Assembly (NCBI GenBank): GCA_036339735.1
Contig: JAYZAL010000086.1
Coordinates: 1 to 54,940, forward strand
Length of the DNA stretch: 54,940 nucleotides
Direction of reading: 5' to 3'
From: Candidatus Poribacteria bacterium
GTDB lineage: Bacteria; Poribacteria; WGA-4E; UBA9662
This document shows, piece by piece, positions 19,765 to 30,063 of the stretch; the first letter of the stretch is position 1, and each line of letters opens with the position of its first letter. Position numbers and translations under genes: made by a program. The notes beneath the pieces were generated by a model, which saw only the letters and a list, made by a program, of their open reading frames with translations, was not told the origin of the DNA and did not search any database.

Positions 19765-20514
19765 TTGATATCTTCTGGTCGTAATATAAAGTTAACCATA
19801 GCCTACGATGGTACAAACTACCATGGTTGGCAAATCCAGCCCAGCCAACCTACTATTCAGGCTAAAATTAACGATGCTCTTACTAAAATAATTGGCCATC
19901 CTGTTTCGGTTATCGGGGCGGGCCGAACCGATAAGGGGGTTCATGCTACAGGGCAGGTTGCTAACTTTGTAAGTCATACTAATATGTCTACCGATATCAT
20001 CCAACGTGCTATCAATGCGAACCTCTCTGACGATATTGTTATTTCAGAAGTATCGGAGGTTGAAGATAGCTTTCACGCTCGTTTCTCGGCCACCCGTAGG
20101 TGTTACCGATATACCATTCTGAACCGGCCTTATCCTTGTCCTTTTCAACGTAAGAATACCTTTTTTATTTCCAGGCATATATGCTTAGAACAGGCGGAGA
20201 TGATTTGTCAAACTTTGGTGGGCAGAAACAATTATGCTGCTTTCCAAAAAAAAGGGAGCGAAAGGCTCAATCCAGTCTGTAATGTTTTTGAAGCTAATCT
20301 GACAAGAACAGATGATTTAGTAATCTTTACCATTCAGGCCGATGCTTTTTTGCGCGGCATGGTCAGGGCGATCATAGGTACCATCCTGAAAATCCTGCAA
20401 CACCAGAATGCAGCCAAAGAAATGGAACGCATTATTGCCAATCGAAACCGTTCGTTAGCTGGTACATCAGCTCCAGCTAAAGGTTTAACGTTAACTGCTG
20501 TCAAATACGGCTAA
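19765..20514 (+). CDS. truA: tRNA pseudouridine(38-40) synthase
   Basis: YDGTNYHGWQ, GAGRTDKGVHA, FHARFSA, FLRGMVR, APAKGL. Confidence 0.96.
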   Translation: MISSGRNIKLTIAYDGTNYHGWQIQPSQPTIQAKINDALTKIIGHPVSVIGAGRTDKGVHATGQVANFVSHTNMSTDIIQRAINANLSDDIVISEVSEVEDSFHARFSATRRCYRYTILNRPYPCPFQRKNTFFISRHICLEQAEMICQTLVGRNNYAAFQKKGSERLNPVCNVFEANLTRTDDLVIFTIQADAFLRGMVRAIIGTILKILQHQNAAKEMERIIANRNRSLAGTSAPAKGLTLTAVKYG

Positions 20515-20540
20515 AGGTCTGATTCTTCTTCCGCCTTGAT

Positions 20541-20569
20541 TCGTCAAAAAATAGTGGTTGTGATAGAAT
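20541..20569 (+). promoter_or_regulatory. sigma70-type promoter TCGTCA-N17-TAGAAT with extended TG
   Basis: tgatagaat at 20561-20569 upstream of nagA, followed by a GGAGG RBS. Confidence 0.5.
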
Positions 20570-20593
20570 CACCTGGGTTTATGGAGGAAAGAA

Positions 20594-21724
20594 TTGAAAA
20601 TAGTTGGTCGGTTAGTCGATTCAGCTGAAAATGTCGAGCTGGAAATTAAAAATGGGCAGATTTATTCGATTGTTCCCCAACCCAACATAGAACCAAGTCG
20701 TACTTGGATTTCTCGACCACTCATAGACATTCAAATCAATGGTTTTGGTGGTTACGATCTTAATGCTGAAAGTACTACAGCAGATGATGTATCTCAAATG
20801 GTGCAATCAGTTCATGAGACGGGAACTGGCTATCTCTATCCGACAATCATTACAGGTTCTTCTCAACGGATAGCACAGGCGATTGCTGCGATCCATCAAG
20901 CTAGCCAAGATCGAAGTATTGAACGAGCAATTTTGGGCATTCATATCGAAGGTCCGTACATCTCTTCTATCGAAGGTCCACGAGGAGCGCATCCTAAACG
21001 ACATGTGCGACCTCCGAATTGGGATGAATTTCGACGTTGGCAAGACATCGCTCATGGAAAAATTAAGATCTGTACGCTAGCCCCAGAAGTTGAAGGTGCT
21101 TTACCTTTTATCGAAAAGCTAGTGGCCAGTGATGTGATAGTTGGGATTGGTCATACTAACGCTACGACAGAACAGATTCAAAATGCCATTTCTGTTGGAG
21201 CTAAATTATCAACCCATTTAGGTAATGCTGCTCATGCACTGATTCGTCGGCATCCCAACTATATTTGGGATCAACTGGCTGACGACAGCCTCTTTGCCAG
21301 CCTAATCGTCGATGGTCATCATTTGCCATCTAACGTCGTCAAATCAATGATTCGCGTCAAGGGACTTAGGAAGACTATTCTAATTAGTGACGCTGTTCAT
21401 CTAGCTGGTATGAAGCCTGGTCGTTACAAATTCACCAATCATGAGGTTGAACTAACAACTGATAAATGTGTTAAGCTCTACGGAACTAATTATCTTGCAG
21501 GATCAGCTCTAACACTGATCAAGGGTATCGAAAACACTGTTCGTTTTTGTCAAATTGAACTCCCCCAAGCTGTCTCTCTGGCTACCCAGATGCCAGCGGA
21601 ACTCTTGAGTCTGAAAGATAAAATGGGAAAAATCAAAGTTGGTCAGGCTGCAAACTTGCTGACTTTTGAATGGGATGAATTATCACAGCTCATATCTGAA
21701 CCTAAGCTATATCTGACTAATTAG
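20594..21724 (+). CDS. nagA: N-acetylglucosamine-6-phosphate deacetylase family amidohydrolase
   Basis: IDIQINGFGG, GIHIEGPY, GAH, TLAPE, GHT, THLGN, DGHH, LISDA, LAGS. Confidence 0.85.
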   Translation: MKIVGRLVDSAENVELEIKNGQIYSIVPQPNIEPSRTWISRPLIDIQINGFGGYDLNAESTTADDVSQMVQSVHETGTGYLYPTIITGSSQRIAQAIAAIHQASQDRSIERAILGIHIEGPYISSIEGPRGAHPKRHVRPPNWDEFRRWQDIAHGKIKICTLAPEVEGALPFIEKLVASDVIVGIGHTNATTEQIQNAISVGAKLSTHLGNAAHALIRRHPNYIWDQLADDSLFASLIVDGHHLPSNVVKSMIRVKGLRKTILISDAVHLAGMKPGRYKFTNHEVELTTDKCVKLYGTNYLAGSALTLIKGIENTVRFCQIELPQAVSLATQMPAELLSLKDKMGKIKVGQAANLLTFEWDELSQLISEPKLYLTN

Positions 21725-21738
21725 AGTAAATAAATATT

Positions 21739-22827
21739 TTGAATATTCAAAAAATTGAAACTTATACCAAAACGAATGTTAGTCTAGTATGTGTAACTAC
21801 TGATAGTGGTGCAAGTGGTTGGGGGCAAATAGCGCCTTACAATTCGGATATTAGCGCTACTATTCTTCATAGGCAGATCGCCCCCCATGCTCTAGGTAAA
21901 CAAGCTTTCGATATCTCATCTTTGGTTGACCATGTGATGGATGTTACCTACAAGTTCCCCGGTAGCTACGTTTGTCGAGCTTTAACAGGACTGGAAACCG
22001 CACTTTGGGACTTACAAGGTAAAACAGAAGAACAAAGTGTTTGTGAGATATTAGGTGGAGAACATCGATGTTTTCCTGTTTATGGCTCAAGTATGCGTCG
22101 TGATATTACGCCTGATGACGAAGCTGAACGTTTATACCAACTCAAGGATCAGTTTGGCTATACCGCTTTCAAAATTCGTATCGGCAGTGTTTGTGGACAC
22201 GATCACGATTATTGGGAAGGACGAACGGAGGCCATAGTCCCCAGTGTCCGAGAAGCTATCGGAGAAGAAACAGCCCTACTAGTCGATGCTAACAGTTGTT
22301 ATTCGCCGCAAAAAGCTATTGATGTGGGGCGAATGCTAGAAGATAACGGTGTCTGTCATTTTGAAGAACCTTGTCCTTACTGGGAATTAGACTGGACAGC
22401 TGAAGTCACCGCTGCACTCGAATTAGACGTGACTGGTGGTGAACAAGATTGCTGGCTTCCGACTTGGAAGCGAATGATAGAGATAGATGCAGTCGATATT
22501 GTTCAGCCTGATATCTGTTACATTGGGGGAATAGAACGGACATTACGAGTCGCTGAAATGGCTAGAGAAAAAGGCAAACTATGCATACCACATTCGGCTA
22601 ACTTATCTTTGGTAACTATTTTCTCGTTACATCTGATGGGAGCAATTCAGAATGCCGGTAACTACGTCGAATTTTCCATTGAACCAACTGCTTGGACACA
22701 AGAATTGTTTGATCCAAATTTAAGTGTTGTAGACGGAAAAGTTCAGATACCATCCGAACCTGGCTGGGGTATAAACATTAACCCTAAATGGTTGGAGTCG
22801 TCTCAGTATCAGCAATCTAGTATTTAA
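21739..22827 (+). CDS. mandelate racemase/muconate lactonizing enzyme family (enolase superfamily)
   Basis: ALWDL.GK, FKIR, VDAN, FEEP, GGEQD, VQPD, PH, PGWG. Confidence 0.9.
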   Translation: MNIQKIETYTKTNVSLVCVTTDSGASGWGQIAPYNSDISATILHRQIAPHALGKQAFDISSLVDHVMDVTYKFPGSYVCRALTGLETALWDLQGKTEEQSVCEILGGEHRCFPVYGSSMRRDITPDDEAERLYQLKDQFGYTAFKIRIGSVCGHDHDYWEGRTEAIVPSVREAIGEETALLVDANSCYSPQKAIDVGRMLEDNGVCHFEEPCPYWELDWTAEVTAALELDVTGGEQDCWLPTWKRMIEIDAVDIVQPDICYIGGIERTLRVAEMAREKGKLCIPHSANLSLVTIFSLHLMGAIQNAGNYVEFSIEPTAWTQELFDPNLSVVDGKVQIPSEPGWGININPKWLESSQYQQSSI

Positions 22828-22974
22828 AAAAAGTCAAAGGATGAGAATTAGACGAGTTGTGTCACATTCTTTGGAAAAGAATCAATTGTTGTTAGTACAA
22901 AATTAATCGGTTTTGGAATTGTATCAGTCTATTTGCAGGTATACTATTGGCTGATTAAGGAACTGATTTAAGTA

Positions 22975-22988
22975 AAGTTGATCAACTT
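22975..22988. promoter_or_regulatory. perfect 14-bp palindrome, putative operator
   Basis: AAGTTGATCAACTT is self-reverse-complementary and lies in the 300-bp gap before the UPF0261 gene. Confidence 0.35.
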
Positions 22989-23125
22989 GCTAATCACAAC
23001 CTAAAAGAAAAGGTATGAAATATTAGGTCGAGATTCGAACTATATTGGGGGTTAGTTGTAGCAACAAGATTTATATAGATTTGCCAGATTGGTGAAAAAC
23101 ATTTTATATACTAAAGGAGTGAAAA

Positions 23126-24337
23126 ATGGCTGTTTGCTTAGTCGGTACGTTCGACACCAAAGGTGCTGAATTTCAATACGTCAAAAACCAGATTGAATCC
23201 AATGGGTTAGGTACTATTTGTGTTAACACTGGTATTATTGGAGAATCGACGTTCCAGCCAGATATTACATCGGAAGAAGTCGCCCGAGCTGCAGGAATGG
23301 GTTTATCAGCTTTGCGCCAGAAAGCAGACAGAGGTCATAGTGTAACTGCTATGGCAAAAGGAGCGAGAGCGATAGTCTCCAACCTATTCCAACGTGGCAA
23401 AATTAATGGTATCCTTTCGCTTGGTGGCTCAGCGGGTACGACTATCGGGACTTCAGCCATGCAAGCCCTACCCGTTGGTATTCCCAAAGTAATGGTTTCC
23501 ACTTTAGCTTCTGGCGATACTAGTCCTTATGTGCAAACCAAAGATATTACTATGGTTTATTCTGTAGTTGATATTGCTGGTATTAACTCCATTACCCGCC
23601 AAATTTTAACGAATGCCGCTGGAGCAATTTCTGGAATGGTTCAGGCTATCTCTGAACCTGTCAATGAAAAACCATTGATCGCAGCCACCATGTTCGGTGT
23701 AACTACACCTTGTGTTACTAAAGCCAGAACAATATTGGAAGCAGCTGGGTATGAGGTTTTAGTTTTTCACGCAACGGGCTCAGGTGGTAAAGCTATGGAA
23801 GATCTGATTCGAGGTGGTTTTATTACCGGAGTATTAGATGTTACTACCACGGAACTAGCTGACGAATTAGTAGGTGGTGTATTGAGTGCGGGGCCAGATC
23901 GGCTAGAGGCAGCTGGTAGAAATTCTATTCCACAAGTAGTTGCTCCAGGCGCCCTAGATATGGTGAACTTCGGCCCGCGGGATACCATTCCAGAACGATT
24001 CAAGAATCGACAATTTTATCAACACAACGCCAATGTTACACTAATGCGAACTACGGCTGAGGAAAATGCTCAACTAGGTCAGATTATGGCACAAAAGCTA
24101 CTTCTTGCCCAAGGTCCAACCCGAGTTCTAATTCCCAAACATGGCGTTTCTGCTATCGACAAAACAGACCAGCCATTTTATTCTCCAGAAGCGGAAACCG
24201 CTTGGATAAACAGCCTAAAGTCTGGACTAGATGAGTCAGTCGTTGAAGTCATCGAAATGGATAATCACATAAACGATGAGGAATTTGGCGAAAAATTGGC
24301 CCAGACTTTACTAAATTTACTACCAGATCAAGGTTGA
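23126..24337 (+). CDS. Tm-1-like ATP-binding domain protein (UPF0261)
   Basis: GTFDTKG.E, GGSAGT, LPVGIPKVMVST, TMFGVTTPCV, FHATG.GG, GALDMVNFG, TLMRT; AAGGAG RBS. Confidence 0.93.
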   Translation: MAVCLVGTFDTKGAEFQYVKNQIESNGLGTICVNTGIIGESTFQPDITSEEVARAAGMGLSALRQKADRGHSVTAMAKGARAIVSNLFQRGKINGILSLGGSAGTTIGTSAMQALPVGIPKVMVSTLASGDTSPYVQTKDITMVYSVVDIAGINSITRQILTNAAGAISGMVQAISEPVNEKPLIAATMFGVTTPCVTKARTILEAAGYEVLVFHATGSGGKAMEDLIRGGFITGVLDVTTTELADELVGGVLSAGPDRLEAAGRNSIPQVVAPGALDMVNFGPRDTIPERFKNRQFYQHNANVTLMRTTAEENAQLGQIMAQKLLLAQGPTRVLIPKHGVSAIDKTDQPFYSPEAETAWINSLKSGLDESVVEVIEMDNHINDEEFGEKLAQTLLNLLPDQG

Positions 24338-25134
24338 TGATTAGTATCGATAGGAGGTTCTTCGTTATCCAAAAACCGCTCTATTGTATTATGAGTGGCA
24401 GGCTGAGTACGGAAATCGGCGATCCAGGGTTGTCTGAAATAAGCTTGTTTCTGACGGGATAAACCCGAGAGAACAGTTGGTGCAATTTTTAACCTGTGCC
24501 AATGAGTTGCCAAATGCGAATAGGCGTTCAAAATTGCGACACGTGGTGTATTTCTTTTCCAAACTGGTCCTGCGTGGCACAAATTTTCGGTAAAAAAAAT
24601 AGCACTACCCGCTGGGCAATCGTAGCTGTATAAAAATTCACTTTGTTTCCCATTTTCTAAGCTCAGATGGTTAGAGTGAATCGGAAAATTTGCCTTATGA
24701 CTACCTAAAAGAAAACAGGTAGCACCGTCTCCTTTGGATATATCTGTGAGCTCAAAGATCACTCGTACCATCCCTGCCCGAATTTTTCCGTTCTGTGATC
24801 GATAACCAAAAATCTGGTCGATCTGGTTGGGGCCTCCACCGTGGAGTCCTCCGTGTTGCTGACCTTTTTTTCGCCAGATATAGGAAGTACTCTCCATTCG
24901 AATATCTGGACCAATTATCTCATGGAGGATGTCAATCACTTCTGGATGGTCGATAGTGACACTTGATGGCCCACCTGGAACTTCCCGATGTTCTGGAGAG
25001 AGTGAATCAGGATTGTGTTTAATTCGGTCGATTTGATCAATAATGTTACCTACCTGCTCCGCGTTTAGGACAGCAGGACGAAGTAAAAAACCTGTCAAAT
25101 CAAACCGAAATCGTTCTTCTTCTGTCATCGCCAC
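24328..25134 (-). CDS. PhyH family Fe(II)/2OG enzyme with HxG instead of HxD
   Basis: FDLTGFL, DGATCFLLGSHK, AGSAIFF...CHAG, distal Arg. The metal motif position reads LHGG. Confidence 0.85.
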   Translation of the reverse strand: MAMTEEERFRFDLTGFLLRPAVLNAEQVGNIIDQIDRIKHNPDSLSPEHREVPGGPSSVTIDHPEVIDILHEIIGPDIRMESTSYIWRKKGQQHGGLHGGGPNQIDQIFGYRSQNGKIRAGMVRVIFELTDISKGDGATCFLLGSHKANFPIHSNHLSLENGKQSEFLYSYDCPAGSAIFFTENLCHAGPVWKRNTPRVAILNAYSHLATHWHRLKIAPTVLSGLSRQKQAYFRQPWIADFRTQPATHNTIERFLDNEEPPIDTNHQP

Positions 25135-25174
25135 TTTTGCCTTCCTTGTAGGTTAGAAAAACCTGCGTTCTGCG

Positions 25175-26728
25175 TTAACCATCAATTTGCAACTCTTTGA
25201 TGAGACGAGAAAGATAAGTTCGTTGAATATCGAGGACTTTGGCCGCGCGTGAGCGGTTTCCTTCTGTTTGTTGTAAAACATGAGTTACGTACTGTCGTTT
25301 GAAAGCTCTCTGAGCAAGATCAAGTGTTGCCGACTGATAGCGAGCGACTTCTTCTGGGTCAGTATTACTAAAACGAGCTGGTAGGTCTTCTACTTGCACT
25401 TCGACGTCCTTACCTAGAACGACAGCGTGTTCTACTACATTCTGCAATTCTCGTACGTTTCCTGGCCATGAATAAGTCAATATTGCTTCTAGTGCAGCTG
25501 TTGAGAAACATTTTTTTGGTCGTTTCATTTCTTGGCCGAATCGTTGTAAGAAGAAATCAGCTAAGCTCGGAATATCCTCAATACGCTCTCGAAGCGGAGG
25601 TAGGAAGACTTCAATTACATTGAGACGATAGTACAAATCTTCACGAAAGGTTCCATCTTGTATTTTTGCTTCTAAATCTTGGTTGGTTGCAGCAATCAGA
25701 CGTACATCACACTGAATTGGCTTGGTACCACCCACACGGTAGAATTCCTGATCTTGAAGCACTCGCAAGAGTTTGGCTTGAACTTCGTAATTCATATCGC
25801 CAATCTCATCCAAGAACAATGTTCCATTATTTGCTAGCTCAAATCGACCTTCTTTCAATGAATCTGCCCCGGTGAAAGCTCCTTTCTCATGCCCAAAAAG
25901 CTCAGCTTCTAACAATGTATCGGGCAAAGCAGCACAGTTCACAGGAATAAAGGGTTGTCTCTCTCTAGGACTGGCATTATGGATAGCATGAGCGACCAAT
26001 TCTTTTCCGGTACCGCTTTCACCTCTCAACAGAGTGGTAGTCGGGGTTCCAGCTACCCTAGCTGATAATTCAATGGAATGCTTCATGTTAGGACTAACGG
26101 CGATAATATCTCGAAATTGAATATGCTGACTACCTAAGCTTCGCCTAAGTTCTCGATTTTCGACTTGAACCGTCAAGTGGAGATCAGCGTTATAGAGAGC
26201 AATACCTGTGGCGTCAGCCACCATACGAGTTAAAAATAAGTCCTTTTGTGAAAAACCGCGATCCTTAAATTTGTTAAGAGCCTGGATGGCACCAATTACT
26301 TGATCTCGATATGTAATCGGAACACACATCATTGTCAGTACCTCAAAATCAAGTTGATCAGCAATATCTTTTGCGTGTTGTCGATCTTGGCTAACGTCAT
26401 CGACTATAGTCGATTGGCCATTCTTAACTACTCGGCCAACAATGCCTTGCCCAATTTCTACATGTATGTCTTTTATCTGTTCACTTTTTTCACCTGTTGC
26501 TGCTGCGACATAGAGATATTCATCAACTGTTGACTTTGGGCATGCCAAATGAGAAGAAAGCCAAATAGTACTCGCAGACGCTTCTATAACCGTCGATAGT
26601 TGATGTAGGGTCGAATTGAGTATCTGTTGAATATCCAGAGTAGAATTAATGGTGTGGCTGATTTCGAGCAATGCCAGACATTCAGCGGAAGAAAGGGAAT
26701 CAATAGCGACCTCGGGCATATTCACCAA
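25175..26728 (-). CDS. GAF-domain sigma-54-dependent Fis-family activator (NifA/FhlA-like architecture)
   Basis: GAF N-terminus, [37 protein letters not shown]-terminal HTH. Confidence 0.95.
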   Translation of the reverse strand: MVNMPEVAIDSLSSAECLALLEISHTINSTLDIQQILNSTLHQLSTVIEASASTIWLSSHLACPKSTVDEYLYVAAATGEKSEQIKDIHVEIGQGIVGRVVKNGQSTIVDDVSQDRQHAKDIADQLDFEVLTMMCVPITYRDQVIGAIQALNKFKDRGFSQKDLFLTRMVADATGIALYNADLHLTVQVENRELRRSLGSQHIQFRDIIAVSPNMKHSIELSARVAGTPTTTLLRGESGTGKELVAHAIHNASPRERQPFIPVNCAALPDTLLEAELFGHEKGAFTGADSLKEGRFELANNGTLFLDEIGDMNYEVQAKLLRVLQDQEFYRVGGTKPIQCDVRLIAATNQDLEAKIQDGTFREDLYYRLNVIEVFLPPLRERIEDIPSLADFFLQRFGQEMKRPKKCFSTAALEAILTYSWPGNVRELQNVVEHAVVLGKDVEVQVEDLPARFSNTDPEEVARYQSATLDLAQRAFKRQYVTHVLQQTEGNRSRAAKVLDIQRTYLSRLIKELQIDG

Positions 26729-26876
26729 AATAGCTCCTACCTATATTTGTTATGAGGTATAAAACATGAGCCAAAAGATACAAATTACCTGCTATCGATA
26801 GAACGACCTAGACTTCTAAACAGTTACAAACGGGAACAAAATAGGTCAAATCTCAAAAATATCTGTATCCAACCAA

Positions 26877-28781
26877 TTAGGATATGCGGGTGCCATTTTT
26901 GATAGCTTGATCCATAGTCAGCAATGATAAATCCTTTTTTCGAACTGCAGCTAATAACATTCCCTGCGATTCGACACCTCGAATTTTAGTTGCTTGAAGG
27001 TTTGCTACCAAGACGACCTGTTTTCCGATTACCGATTCTGGCGTATAGGTTGGTGCAATCCCGGCTACAACTTGCCTTTTTTCTTTACCCAAATCAACTT
27101 GCAATTTAAGTAACCGATCAGAGTTGGCGATCTTTTCTGCTGATACAACTTGACAGACCCTTAATTCCAGATTTTTAACTTGTTCGATTGTAATTAGATT
27201 ATCGGTTGATTTTTGTATAGTTTCTTTGGCTGGTAAAGAGACTAGTTCTGTTGGTTCTGATTTTTTTGATTCTTTCCGAGGAAATAGAGAAGCAGTTTTG
27301 GCAATTGGCAGACCACTGTCCAACCCTCCCCACTTTTCCACTGATTTTAGATCTTGCAGGTTAGGGTCAACGCCAATCTGGGTCTGAATTTTAGCAGCGA
27401 CCTGTGGCATGAAAGGTGTCAGATAAACCGAAATTACGCGCAATGACTCCATCGCATTATACAAGATTGTACCCATACGCACTTTTTGATCTTTAAGGGA
27501 CCAAGCTTTTGTTTCTTGGATGTATCTGTTAATACGGCGAACAAACTTCCAAATTGTTTCTAGTGCCATATCCAAAGAAATCTGGTCCATTAGTCCGTCT
27601 AAGCGTTCAGTGGTCATTTTGGCCATTTGCTTAATTTCATCATCAATCATTTCTGCTTGGCCACTAGGCTCAGGAAGTGTATCAAAATGCTTATTTAGCA
27701 GTCCTAACACTCGACTTAGCAGATTTCCCAAATCGTTGGCTAAATCAGAATTATAACGAGTAACTAGGCGCTGATATGTATAATCTCCGTCATTGCCAAA
27801 GCTGAATTCCCGCATAAAAAAATAACGAAACGGGTCTAGTCCAAATTCCTCGATTAAGCTGTCCATATCAATAACATTACCTGTAGTTTTACTGATTTTT
27901 TCCCCATCTTTGGTTAACCAACCATGAGCAAAAATCTGCTTTGGCAGAGGCAGTCCTACAGCCATTAACATCGCAGGCCAAATGATAACATGAAACCGAG
28001 TTATTTCTTTTGCCATCATATGAACACTCGCAGGCCAAAACTGTTTGAATTTAGCTCCATCGCAATGATAATCAAGTGCTGTGATGTAATTAACCAGAGC
28101 CTCGGCCCACACGTAAATATTTTGTTCCGAATCGAATGGAAGGGGTATTCCCCAATCAACTGAAGAACGAGAGATGCTTACATCTTGTAATCCGCCCTTC
28201 AAAACCCCCATAATCTCGTTACGGCGACTAGCAGGCTCAATGAAAGAAGGGTTTGACTCAATGAAATCGATTAGCTGATCTTGATATTTAGTTAAGGCAA
28301 AAAAATAGTTTTCCTCAACTACCTTATCAACAGGTTTTCGATGAATGGGGCAGAGTTCATTCTCATCCAATTCTTTTTCCGTGAAAAAACGTTCGCAGTG
28401 TTGACAGTACAGTCCTTCGTATTTTCCTTGATAGACATCTCCTGACTGATAAAGTTGAGTGAAAAATTTTGCTACGCCTGATTTGTGTAGATCGCTCGTT
28501 GTTCGAATAAAAGCGTCATTAGATATATTGAGTTTTTGCCAAAGTTGGGTGAAGGTTGGAGCTATTTGGTTACAGTAATCTTGTGGTGAAACCCCTTTCT
28601 GGTCTGCTACTTTCTGAATATTGATTCCATGTTCATCAACGCCCGTCAAAAAATAGACAGAATTACCCTTCAAGCGTTGATAGCGAGCTAACACGTCTGA
28701 TGCAATTGTGGTATAGGCATGACCAATGTGAGGTTCGGCGTTGACATAGTAAATGGGGGTCGTAATGTAGAAGCTAGACAT
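26877..28781 (-). CDS. metG: methionine--tRNA ligase with C-terminal tRNA-binding domain
   Basis: YITTPIYYVN.EPHIGHAY, DEHG, KISKT, C-terminal OB-fold with SQGMLLA. Confidence 0.97.
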   Translation of the reverse strand: MSSFYITTPIYYVNAEPHIGHAYTTIASDVLARYQRLKGNSVYFLTGVDEHGINIQKVADQKGVSPQDYCNQIAPTFTQLWQKLNISNDAFIRTTSDLHKSGVAKFFTQLYQSGDVYQGKYEGLYCQHCERFFTEKELDENELCPIHRKPVDKVVEENYFFALTKYQDQLIDFIESNPSFIEPASRRNEIMGVLKGGLQDVSISRSSVDWGIPLPFDSEQNIYVWAEALVNYITALDYHCDGAKFKQFWPASVHMMAKEITRFHVIIWPAMLMAVGLPLPKQIFAHGWLTKDGEKISKTTGNVIDMDSLIEEFGLDPFRYFFMREFSFGNDGDYTYQRLVTRYNSDLANDLGNLLSRVLGLLNKHFDTLPEPSGQAEMIDDEIKQMAKMTTERLDGLMDQISLDMALETIWKFVRRINRYIQETKAWSLKDQKVRMGTILYNAMESLRVISVYLTPFMPQVAAKIQTQIGVDPNLQDLKSVEKWGGLDSGLPIAKTASLFPRKESKKSEPTELVSLPAKETIQKSTDNLITIEQVKNLELRVCQVVSAEKIANSDRLLKLQVDLGKEKRQVVAGIAPTYTPESVIGKQVVLVANLQATKIRGVESQGMLLAAVRKKDLSLLTMDQAIKNGTRIS

Positions 28782-28797
28782 AACGTGGGTCTATCCT

Positions 28798-29937
28798 TTA
28801 GTTCAGATCAATTGAAGCTGCACAGCGAAAACCAATACTATTACCTGCTTCACTCGGGGGTTGATACGATCGATTTGTACAAGTTACTTCTTTCGCAGAA
28901 CTGTACCACGACCCACCACGCAAGACTCTATTTACCGGGTTGGAAAAGTCGGAGGTATTAACTGGGTTTTTGCTACTCGGGGCCAAGCTATAGAAATCAG
29001 CATCGTAGGCATCAACCACCCACTCCCAAACATTCCCGCTCATGTTATATAAGCCAAATGGACTACGACCTTTTGGGTACTGATAGACCTTTTCAGTGTT
29101 GCCTAAATTTCCTTGATAGTTGGTGTATTGGTAAGTTATTTCCACATCCCCCCAGGGGTAGATGCGCTCGTCGTATCCACGGGCGGCATATTCCCATTCA
29201 GCCTCCGTGGGTAGCCGCTTACCGGCCCATTTAGCATAGGCAGTAGCTCCATACCAAGTTACTTCTGTAACCGGATGATCGGCAAAAACAGTAGATGCCC
29301 GAAATTGACCATCAATTGTTAGCAAACGGACATCGGGGTCGGTCAAGTCAACTAGCATATTTCCATCTTCGTCTTCATTCTTTCCGTTTGCATTTAGAAA
29401 TCGAGCAAACTGTTGATTGGTTACTTCGTATTTGTCGATTAAGAACGTGTCAACACTGACTTCCCGGGCTGGTTGCTCGTCCAGCAATCCTTGGTTATTA
29501 CCCATCATAAAAGTACCACCTGGGACGAGTACCATTCCATCAACTTGTTCAGCCGCTATAACTTTGACTCGATAGCCAGAGCTATTGATATTCGGCTGAT
29601 CTGCCAAGGCATTCCATAAAATTTTTTTCCCGTCACCTGGCTTTACATTGTCTCCAACATCACCCGTTAGACTACCTAGCTGAACTGGTACTTTGTAAGA
29701 CACACCACTATCATTCGAGACTCGAACTGTTACTGCTAAATGGCTTTTGGCCTCCACATCGTAGGCGATTTCCACAAGACCATCTTCTCGGGGTCGAACC
29801 GTAACTCGAGTCACAGCCGGGCGACTATCAACTTGGTCGACAAAAAGAAATAAAGCCGCCCAAATAGACAGCCAGAGGAAAAGTGTCCGATTTTTCATTC
29901 CACAATTATCCTGCGCAGTTGTTTGTATTTTTCTCAC
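28798..29937 (-). CDS. SUMF1/FGE-sulfatase domain protein (secreted, N-terminal Ig-like domain)
   Basis: GGTFMMG, DKYEVTN, RLPTEAEWEYAARG, GNVWEW, RGGSW, GFRCA. Confidence 0.9.
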   Translation of the reverse strand: MRKIQTTAQDNCGMKNRTLFLWLSIWAALFLFVDQVDSRPAVTRVTVRPREDGLVEIAYDVEAKSHLAVTVRVSNDSGVSYKVPVQLGSLTGDVGDNVKPGDGKKILWNALADQPNINSSGYRVKVIAAEQVDGMVLVPGGTFMMGNNQGLLDEQPAREVSVDTFLIDKYEVTNQQFARFLNANGKNEDEDGNMLVDLTDPDVRLLTIDGQFRASTVFADHPVTEVTWYGATAYAKWAGKRLPTEAEWEYAARGYDERIYPWGDVEITYQYTNYQGNLGNTEKVYQYPKGRSPFGLYNMSGNVWEWVVDAYDADFYSLAPSSKNPVNTSDFSNPVNRVLRGGSWYSSAKEVTCTNRSYQPPSEAGNSIGFRCAASIDLN

Positions 29938-29953
29938 GAAGCCCTAAGTGATT

Positions 29954-29982
29954 ATTCTATCATAGTCTAATAACAGTTTCAA
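29954..29982 (-). promoter_or_regulatory. sigma70-type promoter TTGAAA-N17-TAGAAT (extended TG) for the FGE-metG operon
   Basis: Reverse complements of tttcaa (29977-29982) and attctatca (29954-29962). Confidence 0.6.
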
Positions 29983-30025
29983 TTACACGACTCTTCTGTT
30001 CTTAGTACTCAGCCTTTATTTTGGC

Positions 30026-30055
30026 TTGACAAGTGATCGAATTCTTTTGTAGGAT
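30026..30055 (+). promoter_or_regulatory. sigma70-type promoter TTGACA-N18-TAGGAT
   Basis: Consensus -35 at 30026-30031 and -10 at 30050-30055, 8 nt before the GNAT ATG. Confidence 0.6.
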
Positions 30056-30063
30056 TGGATTAA

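Noticed and set aside
23028-23042. GTTCGAATC (tRNA T-loop-like) on the minus strand
   Set aside because: No T-stem, acceptor stem or cloverleaf can be formed around it.
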